Positions 27,130-35,132 of a stretch of 64,000 bases of DNA are shown here, in pieces; the stretch's first letter is position 1; each line of letters starts with the position of its first letter. The notes below the pieces were generated by a model. That model ran no database searches, was not told the origin of the DNA, and worked only from the letters and a program-made list of their open reading frames with translations. The position numbers and the translations under genes were made by a program. The stretch comes from a virus. Lineage: Duplodnaviria > Caudoviricetes. The stretch lies in IMG/VR virus record IMGVR_UViG_3300025909_000005. One strand, written 5' to 3'.

Positions 27130-27515
27130 AGACGTCCTACTTCTCAAACATCCGCAACCTCAAGAAGGTGCTGTCGATCAGTCAGTACCCTCCGAAGTGG
27201 TACGCGGGCCCGCAGTTCAAGGTGCTGGCTCCTCCATGGGACCTCGTGAACCTGGCTCAAAAGGGCCTGTCCGATGTCCTGTATGAGAAGGAGTTCCACC
27301 GCCAAGTGCTTGCTGACCTTGACCCCCGTGAGGTCTACGACGCCATCGTAGCTGAGTACGGAGAGGATGTGGTGCTCCTTTGCTTTGAGAAGTTGGAGTC
27401 ACCGGGTGACTACTGCCACCGACGAATCGTGGCGCGTTGGTTCGAGAAGAACCTAGGTGTTGAGGTGCCTGAGTGGGAGAAACCTGCTCGGGTTCGCAAC
27501 ACAATGGAGTTCTAA
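27126..27515 (+). CDS. DUF488-like protein
   Basis: TSYFS, ISQYPPKWY, LAPPW, LLCFEK, YCHRRIVA. Confidence 0.75.
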   Translation: MKTSYFSNIRNLKKVLSISQYPPKWYAGPQFKVLAPPWDLVNLAQKGLSDVLYEKEFHRQVLADLDPREVYDAIVAEYGEDVVLLCFEKLESPGDYCHRRIVARWFEKNLGVEVPEWEKPARVRNTMEF

Positions 27516-27522
27516 TCTCCCA

Positions 27523-27548
27523 TAAATACCTGACTAGCAATCAGGTAT
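27523..27548 (+). promoter_or_regulatory. Late promoter TAAATA plus perfect 8-bp hairpin
   Basis: TAAATA 27523-27528; ATACCTGA 27526-27533 / TCAGGTAT 27541-27548; ATG 27553. Confidence 0.7.
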
Positions 27549-27552
27549 CTTC

Positions 27553-28413
27553 ATGCGCACAATCAAGATCATCTCGGTCAACCCAAACGTTGGTGGCACA
27601 CCAGGCTCCATCGTCGTTGCCGGTGACTTCACGGCCATCTTCAATGGCAAGTTCTATCGGGATCCGACAACTGGAGCCACTCTTCCAGCCTACACGGTCA
27701 ACCCAGGCTCCAACTACGACCTGATCGATGCGACGCAGTTCGACGTCTCAGACAACGCGAAGTACTCAGGCCGCTACACCGTCTACACACCAACTGGCTC
27801 AGGCGACCTGCCACCAAGCAGCCTGGGTGGTGGCAACACGACCATCTACGTCAACGAGGTCGTTCCTCCTCTGGTTTCTGGTGATGCACCAAGCGTCGCG
27901 TCAGATGGCAACGTCGACAACATCTCGACGTACCTGCTCCAGGCTGGCGGCACGACAATCATCGTGCCGCCTGGCGTCGACCTCACGACGTATCCGCTCG
28001 AGTTCCAAGGCCGCAACTCCATCGGTTGGGGTGAGGTGTTCGCGCAGAACTTCCTGAACCTGGCCAGCAACTTCTCAAGCCCTACTCCTCCAGCCAACCC
28101 ATTTGTCGGTCAGATCTACTACGATACCGACGACAGTCAAGTGCGCGTCTGGAACGGCACGAGCTGGGGGCTGCTGAACCAGGCTTCTTTCGGCACGACG
28201 GCTCGCTTCACGCAGTCAACTCCTGCTACCACCTGGACAGTCAACCACGGGCTGAACCTCCAGTCACCGTACATCGCCTTCGTTCAGTTCTTCGTTGATC
28301 GTGGAGCCGGCCCGAAGCTGATCATTCCCTCTGACGTCTCCTTCGTTTCTGCTAACCAGTTGACGGTCACGTTCTCCAACCCAGAGCAGGGCTACGTCCT
28401 GGTTCGTCCATGA
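27553..28413 (+). CDS. Virion structural protein (fibre/whisker-type motif)
   Basis: WGEVFAQNFLNLASNFSSPTPPANPFVGQIYYDT...WNGTSW; TWTVNHGL. Confidence 0.7.
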   Translation: MRTIKIISVNPNVGGTPGSIVVAGDFTAIFNGKFYRDPTTGATLPAYTVNPGSNYDLIDATQFDVSDNAKYSGRYTVYTPTGSGDLPPSSLGGGNTTIYVNEVVPPLVSGDAPSVASDGNVDNISTYLLQAGGTTIIVPPGVDLTTYPLEFQGRNSIGWGEVFAQNFLNLASNFSSPTPPANPFVGQIYYDTDDSQVRVWNGTSWGLLNQASFGTTARFTQSTPATTWTVNHGLNLQSPYIAFVQFFVDRGAGPKLIIPSDVSFVSANQLTVTFSNPEQGYVLVRP

Positions 28414-29540
28414 AGATCAATGAGCTCTTCGATCAGGAGGACCATGATGGCGACTCGACGTCTTCGAGCTTCGGCTACCATGTGACCAAAAAGATTGGTG
28501 ATCGCCTTCTTCAGTTTGAGGCTGCTCGCAGTGGTGAAACATGGGAGGTTTCATTTGGTCAGAAGATGCCGAATGGCGCGTTGAAGTACCAGCTCACCAA
28601 GACTGGTGATGAAATTCAAGTCTTCAGCTTCATCGTCTCTGCAATGCGGAGCTTCGTGAAGAAGTACCAGCCAAAGCGCATTCAGTTCAGCGTACGCAAG
28701 ATTGAGGGCTCACGCGCCTCGCTCTACCGCAAGCTCGTTGACCGCTTCCTGAAGGACTCTTACTGGAAGCAGGAGTACGAGATCGGTCTGGGATCTGCGG
28801 AAAAGTACGTACAGTTTGACCTCATCAAGAAGCCGACATCAGAGAGCCTTGATGAAGCGTTCGACAAGGCGACGAAGTACAAGGTAGTGACCCACAACAA
28901 CCACGAGTTCTGCGCCGAGTTTGAGTCTAATGGCAGGACCATTCGCGTCGACATCGAAGAGATGGGCGGCAACTTTGGCTGGGACATTGGCTTCATCGAG
29001 AAGTCAGGTAAGAACGGTGGTATGGGGGACTGGGCCGCGACTGGCAGCGGCGGTGAGTTGGAGGTCTTCGCGACTGTTAAGGCCATTGTGCATCAGTTCC
29101 TCCAGGAGTACAAGCCAAAGAAGATCGGCTTCGCGTCAGATCGAAGCGAGCTTAGCCGTGGTAAGCTCTACGATCGGTTCGTGAAACGTGGCATGTTTCC
29201 TGGCTATCGCCTGATCAAGAGGACTGATGACCCACGACAGATCTACGACAAGTGGGTTTTGGTTCGTGATGATTTGGATGAAGGCATGATGAAGCGGTCA
29301 AACCCCTTCGTCAGCGGAGAGCTTGAGCTGCCGAAGACGAGGGAGCGAAGCGTCGCTCCTACACCGGTCTCAACGAACGTTCGCGTTGAGAAGATGCTGA
29401 AGAATCTGGCTCAGCGTGCCAATGTCGACGTCTCTGTCGTTCGCAAGGCGCGTGACGAGATCATGAAGGACGTCGACTCGAAGCACCCAAACCGCTGGAA
29501 CATCATCATGTCCCGGCTGAACCGTCGCCTCGGCCTGTAA
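28410..29540 (+). CDS. Putative internal head polyprotein with a tandem-duplicated domain
   Basis: MKINELFD tag; two copies of the domain in 173..952, separated by LDE/A; further LDE/G. Confidence 0.6.
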   Translation: MKINELFDQEDHDGDSTSSSFGYHVTKKIGDRLLQFEAARSGETWEVSFGQKMPNGALKYQLTKTGDEIQVFSFIVSAMRSFVKKYQPKRIQFSVRKIEGSRASLYRKLVDRFLKDSYWKQEYEIGLGSAEKYVQFDLIKKPTSESLDEAFDKATKYKVVTHNNHEFCAEFESNGRTIRVDIEEMGGNFGWDIGFIEKSGKNGGMGDWAATGSGGELEVFATVKAIVHQFLQEYKPKKIGFASDRSELSRGKLYDRFVKRGMFPGYRLIKRTDDPRQIYDKWVLVRDDLDEGMMKRSNPFVSGELELPKTRERSVAPTPVSTNVRVEKMLKNLAQRANVDVSVVRKARDEIMKDVDSKHPNRWNIIMSRLNRRLGL

Positions 29541-29565
29541 CGTCGAACACGTGGACCGGCGCCCA

Positions 29566-29574
29566 TGTTATAAT
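29566..29574 (+). promoter_or_regulatory. Extended -10 promoter TGtTATAAT
   Basis: ATG 29580 lies 5 nt downstream. Confidence 0.6.
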
Positions 29575-29579
29575 GGGCT

Positions 29580-30269
29580 ATGAACATCTTTCGGCTGGAC
29601 AACGACCCGCGTGTAGCTGCGCGAATGCACTGCGACAAGCACGTCGTCAAGATGATCCTGGAGTATGCGCAGCTCCTGAGCACCGCCCACCGTCTCCTCG
29701 ATGGTCGACGTGCTGAGGCGTTGAACATGCACCGAGTCAAGGGCCAGCGGTACAAGCAGGTCTTCTGGCTCTTCGATGGTGAGAACGTCATCACCGAGAA
29801 CCGCATCAAGGTTGTCGACGGTGTCGAGATGTCGAAGCATGTCTTCGTGATCGAGAACCCGCAGTGCTACAACATCGCGCACGCGAACCACCCCTCGAAC
29901 ATCTGGGCCCGCACCAGCTCCGAGAACTACTCATGGCTCTTCGCCCTGTGGCACGAGCTCATGATCGAATATCATCTCCGTTATGGCAAGATTCATGCAT
30001 GCCGCCGCTACATGAAAAAGCTCATCGAGCAGCCTGTAAATATCAGACCAGGAGCGGAGACTCCCCTCCCGTTGGCGATGCCGGACGAATACAAGGTCGA
30101 CGATGCCGTCACTTCTTACCAAAATTATTACGTGGGCAGCAAGGCGTCGTTCGCCAAATGGACGGCACGGAAGCCACCCGAGTGGTTCACAACAAGGATT
30201 CCCGAATATGACGAAGCCGATTTCTATCGAGCGCGCGAACTGGCTGAGCGAGCGTCTCAAGGTAGTTGA
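29580..30269 (+). CDS. Pyrimidine-dimer DNA glycosylase (DenV)-related protein
   Basis: MNIFRLDNDP..AARMHCDKHVVKMILEYAQLLSTAH; HANHPSNIW; LAMPDEYK. Confidence 0.8.
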   Translation: MNIFRLDNDPRVAARMHCDKHVVKMILEYAQLLSTAHRLLDGRRAEALNMHRVKGQRYKQVFWLFDGENVITENRIKVVDGVEMSKHVFVIENPQCYNIAHANHPSNIWARTSSENYSWLFALWHELMIEYHLRYGKIHACRRYMKKLIEQPVNIRPGAETPLPLAMPDEYKVDDAVTSYQNYYVGSKASFAKWTARKPPEWFTTRIPEYDEADFYRARELAERASQGS

Positions 30270-30426
30270 GGAGTGCATCAAGATTGCACAATCGCAGATG
30301 TACCAAATGCAAGGTGGAGGCGTAGCTCGTGATGAGATGCAGCGCGCCCTCATGGAGTTCAACAGTGAGCGCGTCATGATCAGCATCGAGCTGCACGTGC
30401 TCAGCAGATTTGATGTGAAGGCATAA
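30208..30426 (+). CDS. Hypothetical protein overlapping the 3' end of the DenV-like gene
   Basis: AAGGA SD at 30193; its stop overlaps the next ATG. Confidence 0.45.
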   Translation: MTKPISIERANWLSERLKVVEECIKIAQSQMYQMQGGGVARDEMQRALMEFNSERVMISIELHVLSRFDVKA

Positions 30427-31028
30427 TGGCAGCAGATCTATCTGAGATTCTGGTGGTGGACGTTGAGTCCACGTGCTGGAACGGCGACTATGACCTCTAT
30501 CCTGAGGAGCGGGAACTCAAGCCCGCTGAGATGGTGAACGAGGTGATTGAGATCGGCGTAGCCGCGCTCAACATCAAGACGCGAGGCGTCACGCAGCGGG
30601 CCAGCATCGTGATCAAGCCACAGTTCAGCAAGGTCTCTCGGTTCTGCACCGAGCTGACGGGCTGGACGCAGGAGCAGGTTGATGAAGAGGGCCTCACCAT
30701 CGAGCAGGCCCTCGACGAATTCGAGAAGATGTTCCAGCCGAAGGGCAAGGTCTGGTGCTCGTACGGTGAGTACGACCGCTGGATGCTGAGCTCGACGACC
30801 AGGCAGGGTCTGAAAATGTACGGCATCAAGCCCGAGTCGAACCCCTTCGACCAGATGCGTGGTCACTTCAACATCAAGACCCTCATGGCGCTGAAGCACA
30901 AGCTGAATCGCGAGATGGGGATGGCAAAGGCGCTGAACTACTACGGCCTCAAGCTTGAGGGTCGACACCACAATGGCGCAGACGACGCCTGGAACATCGC
31001 ACAAATTGCGAGCAAGGTGTTATCTTGA
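30426..31028 (+). CDS. DEDDh 3'-5' exonuclease (ERI-1/KapD-like)
   Basis: VVDVESTC, EVIEIG, FCTELTG, YGEYD, GRHHNGADDA. Confidence 0.9.
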   Translation: MAADLSEILVVDVESTCWNGDYDLYPEERELKPAEMVNEVIEIGVAALNIKTRGVTQRASIVIKPQFSKVSRFCTELTGWTQEQVDEEGLTIEQALDEFEKMFQPKGKVWCSYGEYDRWMLSSTTRQGLKMYGIKPESNPFDQMRGHFNIKTLMALKHKLNREMGMAKALNYYGLKLEGRHHNGADDAWNIAQIASKVLS

Positions 31029-31037
31029 TCCTGTTTG

Positions 31038-31046
31038 TGGTATAAT
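31038..31046 (+). promoter_or_regulatory. Extended -10 promoter TGgTATAAT
   Basis: ATG 31053 lies 6 nt downstream; GTATAATGGATTCAT also at 62790. Confidence 0.6.
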
Positions 31047-31052
31047 GGATTC

Positions 31053-31283
31053 ATGCACCACACCATCACCTCCGTCGCCAGGACCCAACGTCTCGATGTC
31101 GAGAAGCTCGTTGAGTTCGCCAAGACCAACCGCAACGCGTTCGTCGACACGAGTGGCGAGCTGATCACCACGACGTTCTTCGTCGATGGCCTGATCAATG
31201 ACTTCCTCGCGGCCGGCAACGAACGCCTCGCCTGGGTTCGCGATCCGAAAGGTGGCCTGATCCAACCGGGACTCCTGAAATGA
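31053..31283 (+). CDS. Hypothetical protein
   Basis: Probable leaderless start. Confidence 0.55.
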   Translation: MHHTITSVARTQRLDVEKLVEFAKTNRNAFVDTSGELITTTFFVDGLINDFLAAGNERLAWVRDPKGGLIQPGLLK

Positions 31284-31492
31284 GCAAGAACAAAGTCTAC
31301 AAGGGCTGCGAAGTGGCCCCGAACTCCAAGCTGTACGAGCTGATGGAGACCGCTGAGAAGACCAAGAAGGTCGAGGATCAGCGGGCAGTCATCGACCACT
31401 ACGACGCCGTGCACGCGAAGTTCATCGAGCAATGCGGACTGCCGAAGGGATACGTTTCCCGTCACTGGTCCATCGGACGGGCAGATGCGTGA
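31280..31492 (+). CDS. Hypothetical protein
   Basis: ATGA overlap. Confidence 0.55.
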   Translation: MSKNKVYKGCEVAPNSKLYELMETAEKTKKVEDQRAVIDHYDAVHAKFIEQCGLPKGYVSRHWSIGRADA

Positions 31493-31752
31493 TCATTTCG
31501 AAGGTTCACTACTGGTCGATTGAGTGCCTCACCTGGCTGTTCACTCGGATCTGGGGCCACCTCCTGATCCCAGTGCTGCTGGGTAGCATCTTTTGGCTGC
31601 TCACCGTCTATTGGATGGGCTGGGTGTTTGCACACTGGCTGGCCTGGGTAGGCGGCATGCTCGTTCTTGGGTGGCTGTTGACCATCTGGAACTGGGTCCT
31701 CTTCTACTGGGACCTCATGTACACCCCGAACGAGGATGATGAGATCGTCTGA
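31489..31752 (+). CDS. Trp-rich membrane protein
   Basis: Two hydrophobic segments with many Trp; GTGA overlap. Confidence 0.6.
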   Translation: MIISKVHYWSIECLTWLFTRIWGHLLIPVLLGSIFWLLTVYWMGWVFAHWLAWVGGMLVLGWLLTIWNWVLFYWDLMYTPNEDDEIV

Positions 31753-32378
31753 TGCTGAACTACATCGCAACACCGACCATCGATGGCCGAGTCCATGCTG
31801 GCTACGCGAAGTCGCTGGCTTGTCTGAATGAGGGCCGGCTGACGGTCGACTTCGAGGTGGGCAACAGCCTGATCGCAGATGCACGGAACAAGCTCGTCGA
31901 GCGGTTCCTGCGGAGCCAGTACGACCAGCTCGTGTTCATCGACTCAGACATTTCATGGTACGGTGTCGACTTCGCACGCCTGACCCAGCAGCGAGAGGAC
32001 CTGATCGCTGGCTGCTACCAAAAGAAGAAGGACGTGCTTGACTTCGCTGTTGTCTTCGGCCCAAAGATGGAACGCAATGAGAAGGGGCTGATCGAGGCGG
32101 AGCGGGTGGGCACCGGCTTCATGTGCATCTCACGACGCTGCATCCTTCAGATGATCAAGGCGTACCCAGAAACGTATCTCGGGAGAGAGAACTTCTACGC
32201 CCTGTTCGACACGAAGGTTGAGAAGCAGCAGCTGATCAGCGAAGACTACACGTTCTGCGATCGCTGGCGTGCCATCGGTGGGAAGGTTATGATCGACCCA
32301 GAGATTCACCTCGGCCATCACGGCACGAAGCTGTTCGATGCCAAGTTCAGCAGGCACCTACCGCTATCTAGCCACTAA
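31752..32378 (+). CDS. GT-A fold glycosyltransferase-like protein
   Basis: SLIADARN, FIDSDISW (DxD), GTGFMCISR, SEDYTFC, LGHHG. Confidence 0.75.
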   Translation: MLNYIATPTIDGRVHAGYAKSLACLNEGRLTVDFEVGNSLIADARNKLVERFLRSQYDQLVFIDSDISWYGVDFARLTQQREDLIAGCYQKKKDVLDFAVVFGPKMERNEKGLIEAERVGTGFMCISRRCILQMIKAYPETYLGRENFYALFDTKVEKQQLISEDYTFCDRWRAIGGKVMIDPEIHLGHHGTKLFDAKFSRHLPLSSH

Positions 32379-32386
32379 TGCTATTA
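32363..32386. repeat. 24-bp dispersed repeat, copy 2
   Basis: GCTATCTAGCCACTAATGCTATTA; supplies the stops of two convergent genes. Confidence 0.85.
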
Positions 32387-32575
32387 TTCTTCGCGCAGTG
32401 GTAGCAGCGGAATTTTAAAGGTCTCCCCGGGATGGGGCACCTGAGTTCCATTCAACTCGTTGAACATGCGACGAAGGACGATCAAGTCGTCCTGCGTGTA
32501 GTCATGCCTGCCCTTCAGTCGAAGGACAGCATCGATGGTCTCTGTGGGCCGGAACTTGTGCTCGATGTACTTCAT
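32384..32575 (-). CDS. Small LysM-like late protein
   Basis: HKFRPTETIDAVL...ELNGTQVPHPGETFKIP; minus-strand TAAATA 32581-32586, 5 nt before ATG. Confidence 0.55.
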   Translation of the reverse strand: MKYIEHKFRPTETIDAVLRLKGRHDYTQDDLIVLRRMFNELNGTQVPHPGETFKIPLLPLREE

Positions 32576-32589
32576 CGAGCTATTTACGC

Positions 32590-32817
32590 TTACCAGCGGC
32601 CCCAGTCAGGGGCACGTTCGTCTTCCTTGCCGTTGCTGTAGCGATCATCACCGTGCTCGATGATGTAGTCGGACAGGGTCTTGACCGACAAGTCCTTGTC
32701 CTTGGCAGCGACTTCCTCGGCTGTGGCCTTGTTCGTGTACACCTCATCACCGAACATGTTGATGTTGTTGTCGATGTAGTACGTGATGACGAACAGGCTG
32801 TCTTTGGCGTAGATCAT
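32590..32817 (-). CDS. Hypothetical protein, paralog of 32870..33124
   Basis: AAGGAG SD before ATG 32817; MFGDEVYT. Confidence 0.55.
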   Translation of the reverse strand: MIYAKDSLFVITYYIDNNINMFGDEVYTNKATAEEVAAKDKDLSVKTLSDYIIEHGDDRYSNGKEDERAPDWGRW

Positions 32818-32869
32818 GATGGGCTCCTTGGAATAGATCCATTGTACAACAGATCTAGGCTCTTGTACA

Positions 32870-33124
32870 TCACCAAGAAGCGTCTTGCACACCTCGATCG
32901 AACGAGTATTCCTTGGTCTTGGCAAGGAGGTCTTCCAACATGCAGGCTTCTACTGGCGTCCTGTAGCGGCCGTCGTCGTTGATGCCCTTGTTTGCGACGA
33001 CGGCCGCTGCTTGGGCTTCTTCCTTGGCGTTCTCGCCGGTGAAGACGTCATCGCCGAAAATGAAAATGTCATCACCGACGTCTACGACAAGCAGGTAGAT
33101 CTCGTGGGCTGCTACTTTTGCCAT
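32870..33124 (-). CDS. Hypothetical protein
   Basis: Minus-strand TATAAT at 33153-33158; AAGGAG SD; IFGDDVFT. Confidence 0.55.
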   Translation of the reverse strand: MAKVAAHEIYLLVVDVGDDIFIFGDDVFTGENAKEEAQAAAVVANKGINDDGRYRTPVEACMLEDLLAKTKEYSFDRGVQDASW

Positions 33125-33170
33125 GCTGGCTCCTTCTGTTACAGTTGATCCGATTATACATCAGAGCCCA

Positions 33171-33198
33171 TAAATAGTCGATCGAAAAGTGGATCGAC
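33171..33198 (+). promoter_or_regulatory. Late promoter TAAATA plus perfect 7-bp hairpin
   Basis: TAAATA 33171-33176; GTCGATC 33177-33183 / GATCGAC 33192-33198; ATG 33201. Confidence 0.7.
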
Positions 33199-33200
33199 AC

Positions 33201-35132
33201 ATGACAGCAACAGACATCTCCCAGAAGTCAACACACGACCTGTGGATTGACGCGCGCCAGTTCAGCATCAGCATCTCTCGTCCTTCCCCAACGACGATCC
33301 AGCTTACCATCACTCGACCAACGACGATGGCAGTGGCTGATGGCGCTCTGATCCTGCTCTCTGACCTGCCGATCAACGCGATCAACTACCCAGAAGATGG
33401 CACGATCTACAACCCATCAACTGACTGGCTGGCTCCGTCACCAACGAATGGTCAGATTCCAGCGCTCGATGGTGCGCACGTAGTCGGCTTCTACTCGAAC
33501 ATCCAGGAACTGCCGTTCCCAACTCCAACGGCAACCTCGACAAGCCTCAATGAGTCAGGAACGGCTGAGGCCTACCAGTCGTTCACCATCACAGTCACGA
33601 ACACAAACCCGAACACGATCTACTACGCGTCGGTTCACGCCTCCTCGAACGTCCTCCAGTACTACCCGATCGGTGTCTCGTCCTACCCACTTCAAGGTGA
33701 GCTGACTGAAGGGCGCAACACGAACCTGGCAAGCGCGTTCACGGGTAACATTCCCGTTTATGACTCGGCACCTCTCTCGCCAGCTCCTGGCTCTGTCTAC
33801 TTCGATAAGCAGCTGAACCTTGTTCAGTACTTCGACGGCGTCTCGGGCTCTTGGATTCCAACCCGCTCTGACTCGATTGTCTCGGGTGCCTACAATCCAG
33901 GTGTGCTTGGACAAGTCTACCTTTACGGTGGTGGACAGCTGAAGGTCTTCAATGGCAAGAAGTGGGTGGACATGACCCCCTCGAACACGCAGCTCCGTCA
34001 AGGCGTGACGTGGGTACCGCTTACGCGCTTCTCTGCTACCACGACGCCGCCTCAGCTGCCAGTTCTGGGTGAGATGTACTACGACTACACGCTGCAGCGC
34101 ATCCAGTACTGGGATGGCGCAATGTGGGTCTTCCCAAACTCCACGAACACGCTTTTCAATACAGGTGCCCAGGTAGTTCCTGCCTTTGTGACGCCGCTCA
34201 CCATTGAACCGCAGCTGCTCTCGGATCCTTACATCGGTCAGCTCTTCTACAACCTGACCACCCGCACGCTCAATGCCTGGAACGGCGTCTCCTGGAACCA
34301 GGTCAACACTGACCAGCAGGGCTCGCCGTCCTACGACAAGATCGCGATTGGCGATGATGGCTCCTACGCCGCCCGCCTGCAGATGATAAAGGTCTGTCAG
34401 TCCCAGCTTGGCTGGCCGCAGCAGTGCGTCGAGCTCAAGGAGGAGCAGTTCAACATCGCCCTTGACAATGCACTTGCTAACTACCGCCAGCTCTCGTCGG
34501 GCGCCTACACGCGTCGCTTCATCATCTACAAGCTGATCCCTGGTCAGCAGCAGTACTACCTCAACAACAAGGCCGACCGTACAGACTCGATCGTCGACAT
34601 CCACAAGATCCACCGCATGGGCCCACTTGGCATCTACGGCGGTGGACCGAATGACGTTTGGGCTCAGGCCTTCGCACAGCGCTACTACGACATGGCTGCT
34701 GGGGGCGGTGACCTGCTTTCCACGCAGCTCGTTGCCATGTACAGCGAGGAGCTGCAGCGCATGTTTGCTGGTGAGCTCATGTTCCAGTGGGACGAGCCAA
34801 CCCGTGAACTCTACATCACGCGCGCCGTTCGTGGCTACGAGACGGTCATCATCGAGGCAATGCTCGAGCGCTCTGAACAGGAAATCATCAACGACCGCTG
34901 GTCCAACCAGTACATCCAAAACTGGGCGATGGCTGAGCTGAAGTACATGCTTGGCATGATCCGCTCGAAGTTCACGTCTGGTACTCCAGGCGCGGCTGGT
35001 TCCATCAACTTGAACGGTGAACTCCTTATTTCTGAGGCTCGTCAAGACATGACTGAGCTGAAGGAAGAGCTCCTTAACTACGAGTACGGCGGTCAAGTCG
35101 GTCTCGGCAACACGGCGTTCCTCATCGGATAA
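33201..35132 (+). CDS. gp13: Neck protein (T4 gp13-like) with long N-terminal extension
   Basis: C-terminal LGWP..CVELKEEQFNIALDNAL, SNQYIQNWAMAELK, INLNGELLISEA. Confidence 0.8.
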   Translation: MTATDISQKSTHDLWIDARQFSISISRPSPTTIQLTITRPTTMAVADGALILLSDLPINAINYPEDGTIYNPSTDWLAPSPTNGQIPALDGAHVVGFYSNIQELPFPTPTATSTSLNESGTAEAYQSFTITVTNTNPNTIYYASVHASSNVLQYYPIGVSSYPLQGELTEGRNTNLASAFTGNIPVYDSAPLSPAPGSVYFDKQLNLVQYFDGVSGSWIPTRSDSIVSGAYNPGVLGQVYLYGGGQLKVFNGKKWVDMTPSNTQLRQGVTWVPLTRFSATTTPPQLPVLGEMYYDYTLQRIQYWDGAMWVFPNSTNTLFNTGAQVVPAFVTPLTIEPQLLSDPYIGQLFYNLTTRTLNAWNGVSWNQVNTDQQGSPSYDKIAIGDDGSYAARLQMIKVCQSQLGWPQQCVELKEEQFNIALDNALANYRQLSSGAYTRRFIIYKLIPGQQQYYLNNKADRTDSIVDIHKIHRMGPLGIYGGGPNDVWAQAFAQRYYDMAAGGGDLLSTQLVAMYSEELQRMFAGELMFQWDEPTRELYITRAVRGYETVIIEAMLERSEQEIINDRWSNQYIQNWAMAELKYMLGMIRSKFTSGTPGAAGSINLNGELLISEARQDMTELKEELLNYEYGGQVGLGNTAFLIG

